A stretch of 21,760 bases of DNA. Origin: Verrucomicrobiia bacterium. GTDB lineage: Bacteria; Verrucomicrobiota; Verrucomicrobiia; Limisphaerales; Pedosphaeraceae. The DNA lies in assembly GCA_035570675.1 (NCBI GenBank), contig DATMLG010000134.1:1-21760 (forward strand), read 5' to 3'. Position numbers and translations under genes: made by a program. The notes under the pieces were generated by a model that had not been told where the DNA came from, ran no database searches, and worked only from the letters and a program-made list of their open reading frames with translations. Shown in pieces: positions 1 through 9,105 of the stretch. The stretch's first letter is position 1, and each line of letters begins with the position of its first letter.

Positions 1-212
1 GGGAGCCAATGTCGCTGGCGACGCTGGCGGCCGCGTATGCCGAGACCGGACGATTTGCCGATGCAACCACCGTGGCGGAGCGGGCGCGGCAATTTGCCAT
101 GGGACAAACGAACGCCCCGCTGGCCGACGCCATACAGGCGCAACTCACGGTTTACCAATCCGGCCGGCCATTCCGGGATGTCGCCCCGACGAATGCGCCT
201 GCGCAGAGATGA
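1..212 (+). CDS. C-terminal fragment of a TPR-repeat protein (continues upstream of window)
   Basis: Open frame from window edge (codons gag-cca-atg... no upstream stop), TPR-like helical pattern (AYAETGRFADA..A.RA..FA). Stop at 210-212. Confidence 0.45.
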   Translation, partial: EPMSLATLAAAYAETGRFADATTVAERARQFAMGQTNAPLADAIQAQLTVYQSGRPFRDVAPTNAPAQR

Positions 213-313
213 ATTTTTCGACATTTGCGAAGCAACGCGGCTTGCCTCGCATGGGGTATTCTGTTACGCCAGAAAGGATGATTAAAATGTCAATTCCGGT
301 CGTCTAACCTCGA

Positions 314-2872
314 ATGGTCTCAGCGGCATCTACCCAAATGCGCGTGGCGGTGGATGGCAAGTTCTTCCGCCTCGCCGGACGCAAATTCCACCCCAAGGGC
401 GTGTCCTACGGGCCGTTTGCGCCCAATGCCGCGGACGGGACCTTCGCCTCGCGCGAGCAGACGGCGAAGGATTTCGCCCAAATCCGCGAACTGGGGGCGA
501 ACCTGGTGCGGGTGTATCACGTGCCGCCGCGCTGGTTCCTGGACCTGGCGACGGAACACGGGCTCAAGGTGATGGTGGACATCCCGTGGAACAAGCATCT
601 TTGCTTCCTGGAAACGGAACTGCGGAAGGCGGACGCGTTGCAGGCGGTGCGGCAGGCGGTGCAGGCATGCGCGGGGCATCCGGCGATCTTCGCGTTCAGC
701 GTGGCGAACGAAATTGCGCCGGACATCGCGCGCTGGAGCGGGGCGCGGGCGGTCGCGGAATTTATTGATGAACTGGTCGCGGAGGCGAAGCGGGCGGACC
801 CGGACTGCCTGTGCACATTTTCGAATTTTCCGCCGACGGAATTTTTGAGTCCACGAACGCTGGATTTTCTCTGCTTCAATGTTTATCTGCACAATCAGGC
901 GGAGTTCAAGAGTTACCTGGCGCGATTGCAAATGGTGGCGGATCACAAGCCGCTGATGCTCGGGGAATTCGGGGTTGATTCAATGCAGGAGGGCGAGCCG
1001 CGCAAGTGCGAGATGTTGTCGTGGCAAATCGAGACAGCGTTTCGCAGCGGGCTGGCCGGCGTGGTGGTATTCAGCTACACGGACGATTGGTGGCGCGGCG
1101 GGCAGCAGATCGAAGAATGGCGGATGGGACTGACGACCCGCGACCGACGGCGCAAGGATTCATTCCACGCGGTGAAACGCATGTATCAACTGGCGCCTTA
1201 TTTTCCGGCGGCGCGCAACCCGCGCGTTTCGGTGGTGGTCGCGTGCTACAACGGGGAAAGCACCTTGAAGGCGTGCCTGGAATCGCTGGAGCGGCTGAAT
1301 TATCCAGATTACGAAATCATCCTCGTGAATGACGGTTCAACGGACGGCACGGCGCGGATCGCGGCGGAACATCCGCGCGCACGAAGCATCAAGCATGATA
1401 CGAACCTTGGCCTGTCGGTCGCGCGAAACACAGGGATTGCGGCGGCGACGGGTGAAATTGTCGCATTCACGGACGCAGACTGCCGGCCGGACGAGGATTG
1501 GTTGCATTACCTGGTGGGCGACCTCCTGGACGGTGGGTTTGCGGGAATGGGCGGGCATAATTTTCTGCCGCTTGATGATTCGAGCGTGGCGGCGGCAGTG
1601 CTGGTGTCGCCGGGCGGCCCGGCGCACGTGATGTTGACTGACCGCGAGGCGGAACATGTCCCAGGCTGCAACCTGGCGGTTTTCAAGTGGGCACTGGCGG
1701 AGACGGGCGGGTTCGATCCGATTTTCCGCAAGGCAGGCGACGACGTGGACATTTGCTGGCGCCTGCAGCAACGCGGCTGCAAAATCGGGTTCAGCCCGGC
1801 GGGGTTTGTGTGGCATCACCGGCGATCCACCGTGCGGGCGTATTTGCGGCAGCAGGAAGGTTACGGCGAGGCGGAGGCGTTGCTGGTGCGGAAACACCCG
1901 GAGTATTTCAATTTGCTGGGCGGGAGCATCTGGCAGGGGCGGATTTACTCGGCGTCACGGCGCGCGGTGGTGGCGCGGCGGCCAATAATATATCACGGGA
2001 TTTTTGGGAGCGGCTGGTTCCAGACCTTGTATCAGGTGCAACCCACGGGGTTGCTGTCGCTGTTTACGAGCCTGGAGTATCATGTGCTGGTGACGGCGCC
2101 GTTGCTGGTGCTGGCGGTAGTATTTCATCCGCTTTTACCGCTGGCGCTGGCGAGCGTGGGGCTGTCGGCCGGGGTGTGCGTGGCGGCGGCCTGGCAGGCG
2201 GGATTGCCGCGGACGCAGCGGCGATGGTGGTCGCGGCCGCTGGTGGCGTGGCTGTATTTTTTGCAGCCGATTGTGCGCGGAGCGGCGCGTTACGAGGGGC
2301 GGCTGACGCTGCCGTTGACGCCGCTGGCGGCGCGGGAGTCGCTGGAATCGGTGGCGTTGCGCGACAGCAATGATTCGTTGAAGAAGGTGAGTTATTTGAC
2401 GGACCAACGCCTGAGCCGGATTGAATTTGTGGCGGCCATTTTGAAGCGATTGGAGGAAAAAAGCTGGCCGACCAAGACCGACACGGGCTGGAGCGAATAC
2501 GACCTGGAAGTGGCGGGCGGGCGGTGGGTGCAACTGCGGCTGGCGACGGCGGCGGAGGATTACGCGAAGGACAAGCGCCTCATCCACTGCCGGTTGCGCG
2601 CCGGATGGTCGGTGCAGGCGCGGGCGGTGTTCTGGTCATTGCTGGGAATTGAATTGCTCATCATCGGATTTATGGGAAGTTGGTGGCCATGGCCGTGGCT
2701 GCTGTTGTCGAGCCTGCCGTTGCTGGCATGGTTTCTGGCGCGGCAAAAGCGGAATCTGCGGGCGGTGATGGTGGCGTTCCTGGATGAACTGGCCAAGGAA
2801 CGGTCGCTGACCGTGGTCCGGCCCCAGGATGAAGTGGGCCGGAAGATACGGCTGGCCGGCCAGTTGAAGTGA
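314..2872 (+). CDS. Multidomain membrane protein: N-terminal clan GH-A-like glycoside hydrolase TIM-barrel domain + family-2 glycosyltransferase (GT2) domain + C-terminal ~5 TM helices
   Basis: 852-aa uninterrupted ORF. N-terminal region carries GH-A-type catalytic motifs (SVANEIAPD acid/base-like NE; MLGEFG nucleophile-like). Central region is canonical GT2 ([14 protein letters not shown]...[12 protein letters not shown]...FTDADC DXD). C-terminal third is strongly hydrophobic (several predicted TM segments). Stop 4 bp before the thyA start, so likely one operon. Alternative start ATG at 348. Confidence 0.75.
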   Translation: MVSAASTQMRVAVDGKFFRLAGRKFHPKGVSYGPFAPNAADGTFASREQTAKDFAQIRELGANLVRVYHVPPRWFLDLATEHGLKVMVDIPWNKHLCFLETELRKADALQAVRQAVQACAGHPAIFAFSVANEIAPDIARWSGARAVAEFIDELVAEAKRADPDCLCTFSNFPPTEFLSPRTLDFLCFNVYLHNQAEFKSYLARLQMVADHKPLMLGEFGVDSMQEGEPRKCEMLSWQIETAFRSGLAGVVVFSYTDDWWRGGQQIEEWRMGLTTRDRRRKDSFHAVKRMYQLAPYFPAARNPRVSVVVACYNGESTLKACLESLERLNYPDYEIILVNDGSTDGTARIAAEHPRARSIKHDTNLGLSVARNTGIAAATGEIVAFTDADCRPDEDWLHYLVGDLLDGGFAGMGGHNFLPLDDSSVAAAVLVSPGGPAHVMLTDREAEHVPGCNLAVFKWALAETGGFDPIFRKAGDDVDICWRLQQRGCKIGFSPAGFVWHHRRSTVRAYLRQQEGYGEAEALLVRKHPEYFNLLGGSIWQGRIYSASRRAVVARRPIIYHGIFGSGWFQTLYQVQPTGLLSLFTSLEYHVLVTAPLLVLAVVFHPLLPLALASVGLSAGVCVAAAWQAGLPRTQRRWWSRPLVAWLYFLQPIVRGAARYEGRLTLPLTPLAARESLESVALRDSNDSLKKVSYLTDQRLSRIEFVAAILKRLEEKSWPTKTDTGWSEYDLEVAGGRWVQLRLATAAEDYAKDKRLIHCRLRAGWSVQARAVFWSLLGIELLIIGFMGSWWPWPWLLLSSLPLLAWFLARQKRNLRAVMVAFLDELAKERSLTVVRPQDEVGRKIRLAGQLK

Positions 2873-2876
2873 TTTT

Positions 2877-3671
2877 ATGGTGCAATATCAGCAATTGTTG
2901 CGGCTGGTGCTGGAGACGGGAAAATTCAAGCCCGACCGCACCGGCACGGGAACGTACGCGGTGTTCGGCGCGCAGGCGCGGTTTCCGCTGGCGGACGGTT
3001 TCCCGGCGTTGACGACGAAAAAGCTCCACCTCAAGTCCATCATTTACGAGCTGCTGTGGTTTCTGAAGGGCGACACGAACGTCAAGTATCTGAACGAACA
3101 CGGCGTGACGATCTGGGACGAATGGGCGGACGGGGACGGCAGCCTGGGGCGGGTTTACGGCGCGCAATGGTGCGACTGGCGGACGGCGGACGGGCGGTCC
3201 ATCAACCAGATTGACGGGGTCATCGCGCAGATCAAAAAAAATCCTGGCAGCCGGCGGCACATGGTGACGGCGTGGAACCCGGGCGAGATTGATCAAATGG
3301 CCCTGCCGCCGTGCCACGCGCTGTTTCAATTTTTTGTGCAGGACGGCGAATTGAGCTGCCAGCTTTATCAGCGCAGCGCGGACCTGTTCCTGGGCGTGCC
3401 GTTCAACATCGCGTCCTACGCGCTGCTGACACTGATGGTGGCGCAGGTTTGCGATCTGAAGCCGGGGACGTTCGTGCACACGTTCGGCGATCTGCACTTA
3501 TACAGCAATCATCTGGAGCAGGCGAAGCTGCAGTTGACGCGCGAACCGCGTCCGCTGCCGCAGATGAAACTGAATCCGGCGGTGAAAAACATCCGCGATT
3601 TCAAGTTCGAGGATTTTGAACTGGTGGGCTACGATCCGCATCCGGCCATCAAGGCGCCGATTGCGGTGTAA
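2877..3671 (+). CDS. thyA: Thymidylate synthase
   Basis: 264-aa protein with near-complete ThyA signature blocks ([31 protein letters not shown], active-site [22 protein letters not shown]). Collinear with E. coli ThyA over its full length. Confidence 0.96.
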   Translation: MVQYQQLLRLVLETGKFKPDRTGTGTYAVFGAQARFPLADGFPALTTKKLHLKSIIYELLWFLKGDTNVKYLNEHGVTIWDEWADGDGSLGRVYGAQWCDWRTADGRSINQIDGVIAQIKKNPGSRRHMVTAWNPGEIDQMALPPCHALFQFFVQDGELSCQLYQRSADLFLGVPFNIASYALLTLMVAQVCDLKPGTFVHTFGDLHLYSNHLEQAKLQLTREPRPLPQMKLNPAVKNIRDFKFEDFELVGYDPHPAIKAPIAV

Positions 3672-3701
3672 TTGACATGTCCACCGTGGGGAGAACCCAA
3701 A

Positions 3702-4847
3702 ATGAGCCCGGTTAACGCGAAACGATGCCAAAGGGCCTGGCTTCCGATCCTATGCCTTGGAATATTCGGCATTCCTTCGACCGTGCTGGCCGACGCCGGA
3801 ACACCGCTTATGTGGGCGGGACTGTTCCACCTCGCCATTGGAAATGCCCTGATTGGATTGTTCGAAGCAGCCTTGCTCGTAAAGTTTTTTTCGCTGAGAA
3901 AGGGCAGAACACTTTGGTTGCTCATTGCCGCGAATTACTTTTCAGCATGGATTGGAGGATGGCTGGTTTGCGGCCCGCTCGTACGAATGCTGAAATTGGA
4001 CCTCAACAACGCCTGGCTGTGGTTTTGGATTTTGGTGGTCGTCACCTATCTTATGACGTTGGTCTTGGAGTGGCCCTTTGTAGCCCTAAGTTTTCGCGGT
4101 TCCAAGGACTGGTTTAAGCGCAGCCTTAAGGGAAATTTATTGGTTCAGTCGGCCTCTTATCTCCTGATTTTCGGCTGGTACTGGATGGCGGGTAACGCCT
4201 CCCTCTACACCCAGACGCATCTAGTTTCACCGGAAGATATTTCACTGCCCAAGTCTGTTCTCGTTTATTTCATCTCTGACCAAACCGGGGATGTCTATGT
4301 TCGGAACCTTTCGCCAAGGGAAACTCACAAGGTGTTTGATCTAAAATCGACCAACGAAGACGACCGGCTCTTTGTACGGCAGGAGGAGGGCACAACAAAT
4401 TGTTGGGATCTGGAAGCTCGCATAGGAGAGGTCGGCTCACGGGACCCAAAACTAGTTATGCTAAAGGGTTGTTTTGCGCACCAAGCGATTCTTGATGAAC
4501 ATGTCCGTTATAGTTCCGAAGAACCAGGCACTTGGTTCAATTTTGGAATGGTTCCGAAACTAGGTGACGCAGGGACAAATCCGCCGGAATTTTACACAGG
4601 TTTTTGGGCCGCCGAAGGGCTTCACAGTTCATATGGGCAGAAAGAGCCAATTGTTCATCTGGCATTCGAAACGCCATTCGTGCAGTGGACCGTGCGCAAT
4701 GCCACGCAACTGCCAACGGACGAGGTCATATTCCAACTTGGAGAAGACCAAATTTGCATCTTTGACCCCGCGTCCAAAAAGGTGGCGCTTCTGGAACACG
4801 GTCGTGGGCCGGTTGTGGCATTGGCCGAGAAAAACGACGCGAAATGA
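3702..4847 (+). CDS. Hypothetical integral membrane protein (about 5 N-terminal TM helices + ~210-aa soluble C-terminal domain), compositionally foreign
   Basis: ORF in ~48-50% GC DNA between the ~62% GC thyA and folA. ATG at 3702 is preceded by a GGGAGA Shine-Dalgarno-like sequence (the ORF track starts at a TTG at 3672). Hydrophobic segments at about aa 10-33, 36-58, 72-95, 107-130, 150-170. Stop TGA overlaps the folA ATG (ATGA at 4844-4847). No recognisable family. Confidence 0.65.
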   Translation: MSPVNAKRCQRAWLPILCLGIFGIPSTVLADAGTPLMWAGLFHLAIGNALIGLFEAALLVKFFSLRKGRTLWLLIAANYFSAWIGGWLVCGPLVRMLKLDLNNAWLWFWILVVVTYLMTLVLEWPFVALSFRGSKDWFKRSLKGNLLVQSASYLLIFGWYWMAGNASLYTQTHLVSPEDISLPKSVLVYFISDQTGDVYVRNLSPRETHKVFDLKSTNEDDRLFVRQEEGTTNCWDLEARIGEVGSRDPKLVMLKGCFAHQAILDEHVRYSSEEPGTWFNFGMVPKLGDAGTNPPEFYTGFWAAEGLHSSYGQKEPIVHLAFETPFVQWTVRNATQLPTDEVIFQLGEDQICIFDPASKKVALLEHGRGPVVALAEKNDAK

Positions 4848-5434
4848 AATACTTCAAGGCCATTGCGGCGATGTCGGAGAACCGGGTGATTGGAATGGAA
4901 AACCGGATTCCGTGGCATTTGCCGGAGGATTTCAAGTGGTTCAAAAAAACGACAATGGGCAACATCACGGTGATGGGCCGGAAAACGTTTGAAAGCCTGG
5001 GCAAGCCGCTGGCGAACCGGACGACGCTGATCCTGACGCGGCATCCGCGAAGATTCGTGAACGCGCATCCGGAGGTGTTTGACGGGTATAAATTACGGGA
5101 ATGGAAGGGCGGGCGGCAGATCAAGCGGCCGTTTCAATTCTGGTTCACAAAGCTGAACAGCACGCAGAAGACGGAGATCCGGGTGTTCGGGTCGCTGGAG
5201 AAACTGGATCCGGAGGATTTCGGGAGCGACATTTTCATCTGCGGCGGGTCGCAGATTTACGAACAGGCGCTGCCGCGTTGCTCGGATTTATATCTCACGG
5301 TCGTGAAGCGCACGGTGGAGGGCGACGCGTTTTTTCCGAAATTCGAGGACCGGTTCCGGCTGCATGAGGAAGTCATGGACTGCGCGGAGTTCAGGATTTT
5401 GCATTACCGGAACAAGGGGATGGAGGCGGAATAG
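4844..5434 (+). CDS. folA: Dihydrofolate reductase (long form with ~35-aa internal insertion)
   Basis: N-terminal DHFR motifs (AIAAMSENRVIGMENRIPWHLPEDFKWFKKTTMG...VMGRKTFESLGKPLANRTTLILTR) and C-terminal GGSQIYEQ...LYLT block. The extra segment between the ILTRHP and ICGG blocks is relative to E. coli FolA. Confidence 0.9.
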   Translation: MKYFKAIAAMSENRVIGMENRIPWHLPEDFKWFKKTTMGNITVMGRKTFESLGKPLANRTTLILTRHPRRFVNAHPEVFDGYKLREWKGGRQIKRPFQFWFTKLNSTQKTEIRVFGSLEKLDPEDFGSDIFICGGSQIYEQALPRCSDLYLTVVKRTVEGDAFFPKFEDRFRLHEEVMDCAEFRILHYRNKGMEAE

Positions 5435-5495
5435 GGCAAACAACCGCTGCCCAAATCATTTGAACGGCGGGGCGGAGCTTGTTACGGTGAAGGGG

Positions 5496-6461
5496 ATGCG
5501 AATTTTATCGGGCATACAACCGTCGGGCGCGCTGCATCTCGGGAATTATTTCGGGATGATGCGGCCGGCCATCGAATTGCAGGACCGGGGCGAGGCGTAT
5601 TATTTCATCGCCAATTATCATTCGATGACGTCGCTGTTCGACGCGAAGGAACGGCGCAAGAACACCCTGGACGTAGCGTTGGATTTCCTGGCGTGCGGAT
5701 TGGACCCGAAAAAGTCGGTTTTTTTCCGGCAATCGGACGTGCCGGAGGTGACGGAACTGGCCTGGATACTGACGACGCTGACACCGATGGGCATGCTCGA
5801 ACGGGCCACGAGTTATAAAGATAAAATTGCCCGAGGCATCGCGCCGAATCATGGAATATTCGCGTATCCGGTGCTGATGGCGGCGGACATTTTGATTTAC
5901 GACTCAAACGTGGTGCCGGTGGGCAAGGACCAGAAGCAGCACGTGGAGATGACGCGGGACATCGCCGCGAAGTTCAACGAGCAGTACGGGCAGACCTTTG
6001 TAATTCCGGAGCCGCAAATTCGCGAGGACACGGCGCTCGTACCCGGCACGGACGGCCAGAAGATGAGCAAGAGCTACGGCAAGACGATTGAAATTTTTGG
6101 CGAGGAAAAGGCGATCCGCAAAAAAATCATGGGCCTCGTGATGGACAGCCGGACGCCGGCGGAGCCGAAGCCCGACGCCGAGAAAAACCTGGCGATCCAA
6201 CTGCTCAAGCTGGTGGCGCCGGCAGAAGTCGCGAAGGGTTTCGAGGACCGGCTGCGCGCGGGCGGGCTGGGTTACGGCGACTTGAAGAAGGCATTGTTCG
6301 AGCATTACTGGAATTATTTTGCGGCGGCACGGGCGCGTCGGGCGGAACTGGCGGGCAACCTTGAGCACGTGAACACGGTGCTGGCGGAGGGGGCCGCGCG
6401 CGCGTGCGCGCTGGCGCAAAAGGTGCTGAAGCGGGCAAAAGAGGCGAGCGGGCTGGATTAG
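5496..6461 (+). CDS. trpS: Tryptophan--tRNA ligase
   Basis: Class I aaRS motifs: GIQPSGALHLGNY (HIGH-type) and KMSKS. Collinear with E. coli TrpS (YPVLMAADIL, VPVGKDQKQH). Start chosen at ATG 5496, the M of MRILSGIQPSG. The ORF track's 5364 start would create a 44-aa non-homologous extension overlapping folA. Confidence 0.92.
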   Translation: MRILSGIQPSGALHLGNYFGMMRPAIELQDRGEAYYFIANYHSMTSLFDAKERRKNTLDVALDFLACGLDPKKSVFFRQSDVPEVTELAWILTTLTPMGMLERATSYKDKIARGIAPNHGIFAYPVLMAADILIYDSNVVPVGKDQKQHVEMTRDIAAKFNEQYGQTFVIPEPQIREDTALVPGTDGQKMSKSYGKTIEIFGEEKAIRKKIMGLVMDSRTPAEPKPDAEKNLAIQLLKLVAPAEVAKGFEDRLRAGGLGYGDLKKALFEHYWNYFAAARARRAELAGNLEHVNTVLAEGAARACALAQKVLKRAKEASGLD

Positions 6462-6575
6462 AGCCTGGCTGAAAATTCCGAGGGGTCCTGCGGCTGCGCA
6501 CATTTTCGAGATTTACTGAAACATTTGGCCCTCTCATGCGTCTCAAAGGTGGTCAAAATACAGCATGCTGCAGCG

Positions 6576-7001
6576 ATGGACCGGGCAAAACCACATTTTA
6601 TCATTGTAGATGACGACAAGGACGTGCGGTATTTCATCCGCCGCGTCATCCAGCGCCGGTTCATAGGCGTGGAGATTCGTGAGGCTTCGGACGGGGTGGA
6701 GGCGTTGAGGCTATTTGAGCATGGCGGCGCGGATTTGATGGTGATTGACCACAACCTGCCATCAATGAGCGGGGCAGACTTGGTTCGGGAGTTGCGGGCG
6801 CGCAACACGACGATTCCGATTGTGATGGTGTCGAGTTTTCCGGCGGTACGGGAGGAAGCGATGACGGCGGGTGCCACCTCGTTCGTCGGCAAGGACGAGA
6901 TTAATCCTGCCTTGGCGGATCAATTGGCAAACCTGCTGGCTGTGGACGGGGCCCGTGAAGAAGCGCAGCCTATCGGGACCATTACTGCACCGGCGGAATA
7001 A
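6576..7001 (+). CDS. Stand-alone CheY-like response regulator receiver domain
   Basis: ~141 aa. Acidic pocket IIVDDD, phospho-acceptor-like D in LMVIDHNLP, conserved S/T (VMVSS) and K (FVGK). No output domain and no histidine kinase in the window. Confidence 0.8.
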   Translation: MDRAKPHFIIVDDDKDVRYFIRRVIQRRFIGVEIREASDGVEALRLFEHGGADLMVIDHNLPSMSGADLVRELRARNTTIPIVMVSSFPAVREEAMTAGATSFVGKDEINPALADQLANLLAVDGAREEAQPIGTITAPAE

Positions 7002-7002
7002 C

Positions 7003-7030
7003 TGCGGCTTTCCTTCGAAAGCCCGCAGTC
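7003..7030. terminator. GC-rich hairpin between convergent stop codons of the response-regulator gene and kdsD (possible bidirectional terminator)
   Basis: ctgcggctttc-cttc-gaaagc(c)cgcag: 11-bp stem with a 1-nt bulge, flanked by TAA (+ strand) and TGA (- strand). No clear U-tract. Confidence 0.35.
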
Positions 7031-7031
7031 T

Positions 7032-8003
7032 TCACATCAGTTTCAGCTTCGGCAAGTCCTGCGAATCCAGCAGGCCGACCGGCTCCTTCTTCGCGTTGAC
7101 CACAATCAAATCGTCAATGTTGTGGCTGTCGAAAATTCTTAGCGCCTCCTGGGCGAGGGCGTCTTCGCGGATGCAAATCGGGTTGCGGGTCATGACGCTT
7201 TTCAACGGCTTGGAGCGGACATCCGGGTCGGTGGCCAGGCGGCGGCGCAAATCACCATCGGTGAAGACGCCGACGAGTTTGCCCTTCGCGTTGACGACGC
7301 TGAGGCTGCCGGATTTGGCGCGGGTCATGACGAGTAGGGCGTCCTCGACGGGCAAAGTTTCGCGGGCCACGGCGCTGCGCGCGCCGGTGCGCATGATGTC
7401 GCCGACTTGGGTGAGCATGGCGCGGCCGATGGCGCCGGCAGGATGGTGGCGGGCGAAGTCGCGTTCCTTGAAGCCGCGCGCCTGCAGGACGGCCATGGCG
7501 AGGGCGTCGCCCATGACGAGCATGGCGGTGGTGCTGGCGGTGGGGGCGAGATTGAAGGGGCACGCTTCCTTGGGCACACGGACATTGAGGATAACATCGC
7601 CGTGGCGGGCGAGGGTGGACTTGGGCGCGCCGGTGATGGTGATGATTTTGACGGAGAAACGTTTCAGGGCGGGCAGGAGATTGAGGAGTTCCTCGGATTC
7701 GCCGGAATAACTGAGGGCGATGACGAGGTCGCCGTCGTTGACGATGCCAAGGTCGCCGTGGAGGGCGTCCACGCTGTCGAGAACAACGCTGGTGGAACCG
7801 GTGCTGGTGAGGGTGGCGGCGATTTTGCGGCCGATGTTGCCGGATTTGCCGATGCCGACGACAATGATTTTTGCGCGGCGGCGCAGAGTGTCCACGGTAA
7901 GTTCCACGGCGCGGTCGAACGAGCGGTCGAGCAGGGCACGGACGGCCTTGAGGGCGGCGAGTTCGATATCGAAGACTTCGCGGGCACGGGTCAGATGACT
8001 CAT
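7032..8003 (-). CDS. kdsD: Arabinose-5-phosphate isomerase (KpsF/GutQ/KdsD family; SIS domain + tandem CBS domains)
   Basis: SIS motif region (IIVVGIGKSGNIGRKIAATL...VIALSYSGESEE) followed by two CBS domains. Length 323 aa, typical for the family. Start set at the M of MSHLTRAREV (ATG at 8003-8001). Confidence 0.88.
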   Translation of the reverse strand: MSHLTRAREVFDIELAALKAVRALLDRSFDRAVELTVDTLRRRAKIIVVGIGKSGNIGRKIAATLTSTGSTSVVLDSVDALHGDLGIVNDGDLVIALSYSGESEELLNLLPALKRFSVKIITITGAPKSTLARHGDVILNVRVPKEACPFNLAPTASTTAMLVMGDALAMAVLQARGFKERDFARHHPAGAIGRAMLTQVGDIMRTGARSAVARETLPVEDALLVMTRAKSGSLSVVNAKGKLVGVFTDGDLRRRLATDPDVRSKPLKSVMTRNPICIREDALAQEALRIFDSHNIDDLIVVNAKKEPVGLLDSQDLPKLKLM

Positions 8004-8177
8004 GGAATCCAGCGTGCCATCAATGTGACACGCTGGCAATGTTGAAGGCACGGAGGGTTATCAATCACGTGAGACTTGCGGGCGTACTCGGATTGCATTT
8101 GACAAGGCAGGCCGGTTTCAGTGAACTCTGCGCGCATTACACATGACGGACAAGACGGGACGTTGATTGACAGCATC

Positions 8178-9077
8178 ATGAATTCTAAAAGGGCTTTTTT
8201 GGGTGTGGTGGTGATTGGCATGCTGATTTCCGTGTTTGCAGCGCGTTGCAGCGCAGAGGACACAAATGCAACGGGTGCCAACTTGAGCGATACGTCTTCG
8301 GCGTCGGCAGAGCCGGGCATTTTCTCCGAATGGCTGGCGATGGTGGCGAAAACGCAGGCCGAGCAGCCGCATTGGGCGCCGCCGGTGGGGATTGTTTCAC
8401 CATGCCTGCAGCAGGTGTTTCGTTACGACATTTCGCAGCAGTCGTTGAAGGGCGGGCGGACGCTGACGATCTTTGGGAGCGGGAAGGGGCTGGAATTCAT
8501 TCCCGCCGAGCGCCTGCAATTCATCATTGGCGTGCCGCCGTGGATGACGGAGAACACGACACCGAGCAAAGACGGCTGGGGCGACCAAAGTTTTCTGATG
8601 AAATTCCGGCTGGCGGCGGCAAACGAGCAGGAGGGGGATTATGTGGTGACCGCGTTCATGGGCATGACCGTGCCGAACGGAGGCGAGAATTATTCATTGG
8701 GCCACTATACGTTCACGCCGACGCTGGCGTTCGGCAAAGGCTGGGGCAATTTTGATTTTCAAAGCACCATCAACATGACTTTTCCTGACAACGGCGCCGC
8801 GCATGGCGGAATGGGAACGCCGCTGGTGATGAATGGAGTTTGGCAGTACCGGCTGGCGAAGGTTTTCTGGCCGGAAGTGGAAGTCAACTACACCTGGTGG
8901 CCGAACGGCATACACGAGGGGCTGAACCAGGTCTTCATCACCCCCGGTCTGGTATTGGGAAGGTTCCCGATCTGGAAGCGCTTCGCGGCGGCGGTCGGGG
9001 CGGGCTGCCAGGTCGCCGTCACCGATCATCCGCTCATCCACCGGAACCTCATCCTGTCCACGAGAATCATGTTCTGA
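8178..9077 (+). CDS. Putative secreted outer-membrane beta-barrel protein
   Basis: Signal peptide MNSKRAFLGVVVIGMLISVFAARCSA. Gly/aromatic-rich alternating pattern and C-terminal ...LILSTRIMF ending in Phe (OMP C-terminal signature). Possibly the MetA-pathway/phenol-degradation-like OMP family, but not verified. Confidence 0.5.
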   Translation: MNSKRAFLGVVVIGMLISVFAARCSAEDTNATGANLSDTSSASAEPGIFSEWLAMVAKTQAEQPHWAPPVGIVSPCLQQVFRYDISQQSLKGGRTLTIFGSGKGLEFIPAERLQFIIGVPPWMTENTTPSKDGWGDQSFLMKFRLAAANEQEGDYVVTAFMGMTVPNGGENYSLGHYTFTPTLAFGKGWGNFDFQSTINMTFPDNGAAHGGMGTPLVMNGVWQYRLAKVFWPEVEVNYTWWPNGIHEGLNQVFITPGLVLGRFPIWKRFAAAVGAGCQVAVTDHPLIHRNLILSTRIMF

Positions 9078-9105
9078 TGGATGGGGCGGAGGATTGCCGT
9101 ATAAT

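Noticed and set aside
37-285. 82-aa ORF overlapping the TPR-protein 3' end in another frame
   Set aside because: It is an alternative-frame overlap of a better-supported partial CDS. The Arg/Pro-rich translation has no features.
320-3497. Minus-strand ORFs 320-946, 1337-1897, 2135-2587 and 2670-3497 overlapping the GH-GT2 gene and thyA
   Set aside because: These are antisense artefacts of high-GC coding DNA. thyA and the GT2 domain on the plus strand are unambiguous.
5364-5495. Upstream extension of trpS to the ATG at 5364 given in the ORF track
   Set aside because: The 44-aa extension has no similarity to TrpS, overlaps the folA 3' end, and the internal ATG at 5496 aligns with the canonical TrpS N-terminus (MRILSGIQPSG).
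6871-8045. Plus-strand ORFs 6871-7710 and 7407-8045 overlapping kdsD
   Set aside because: Their low-complexity (Ala/Gly/Arg-rich) translations are antisense to a clearly conserved SIS+CBS KpsF/KdsD protein.
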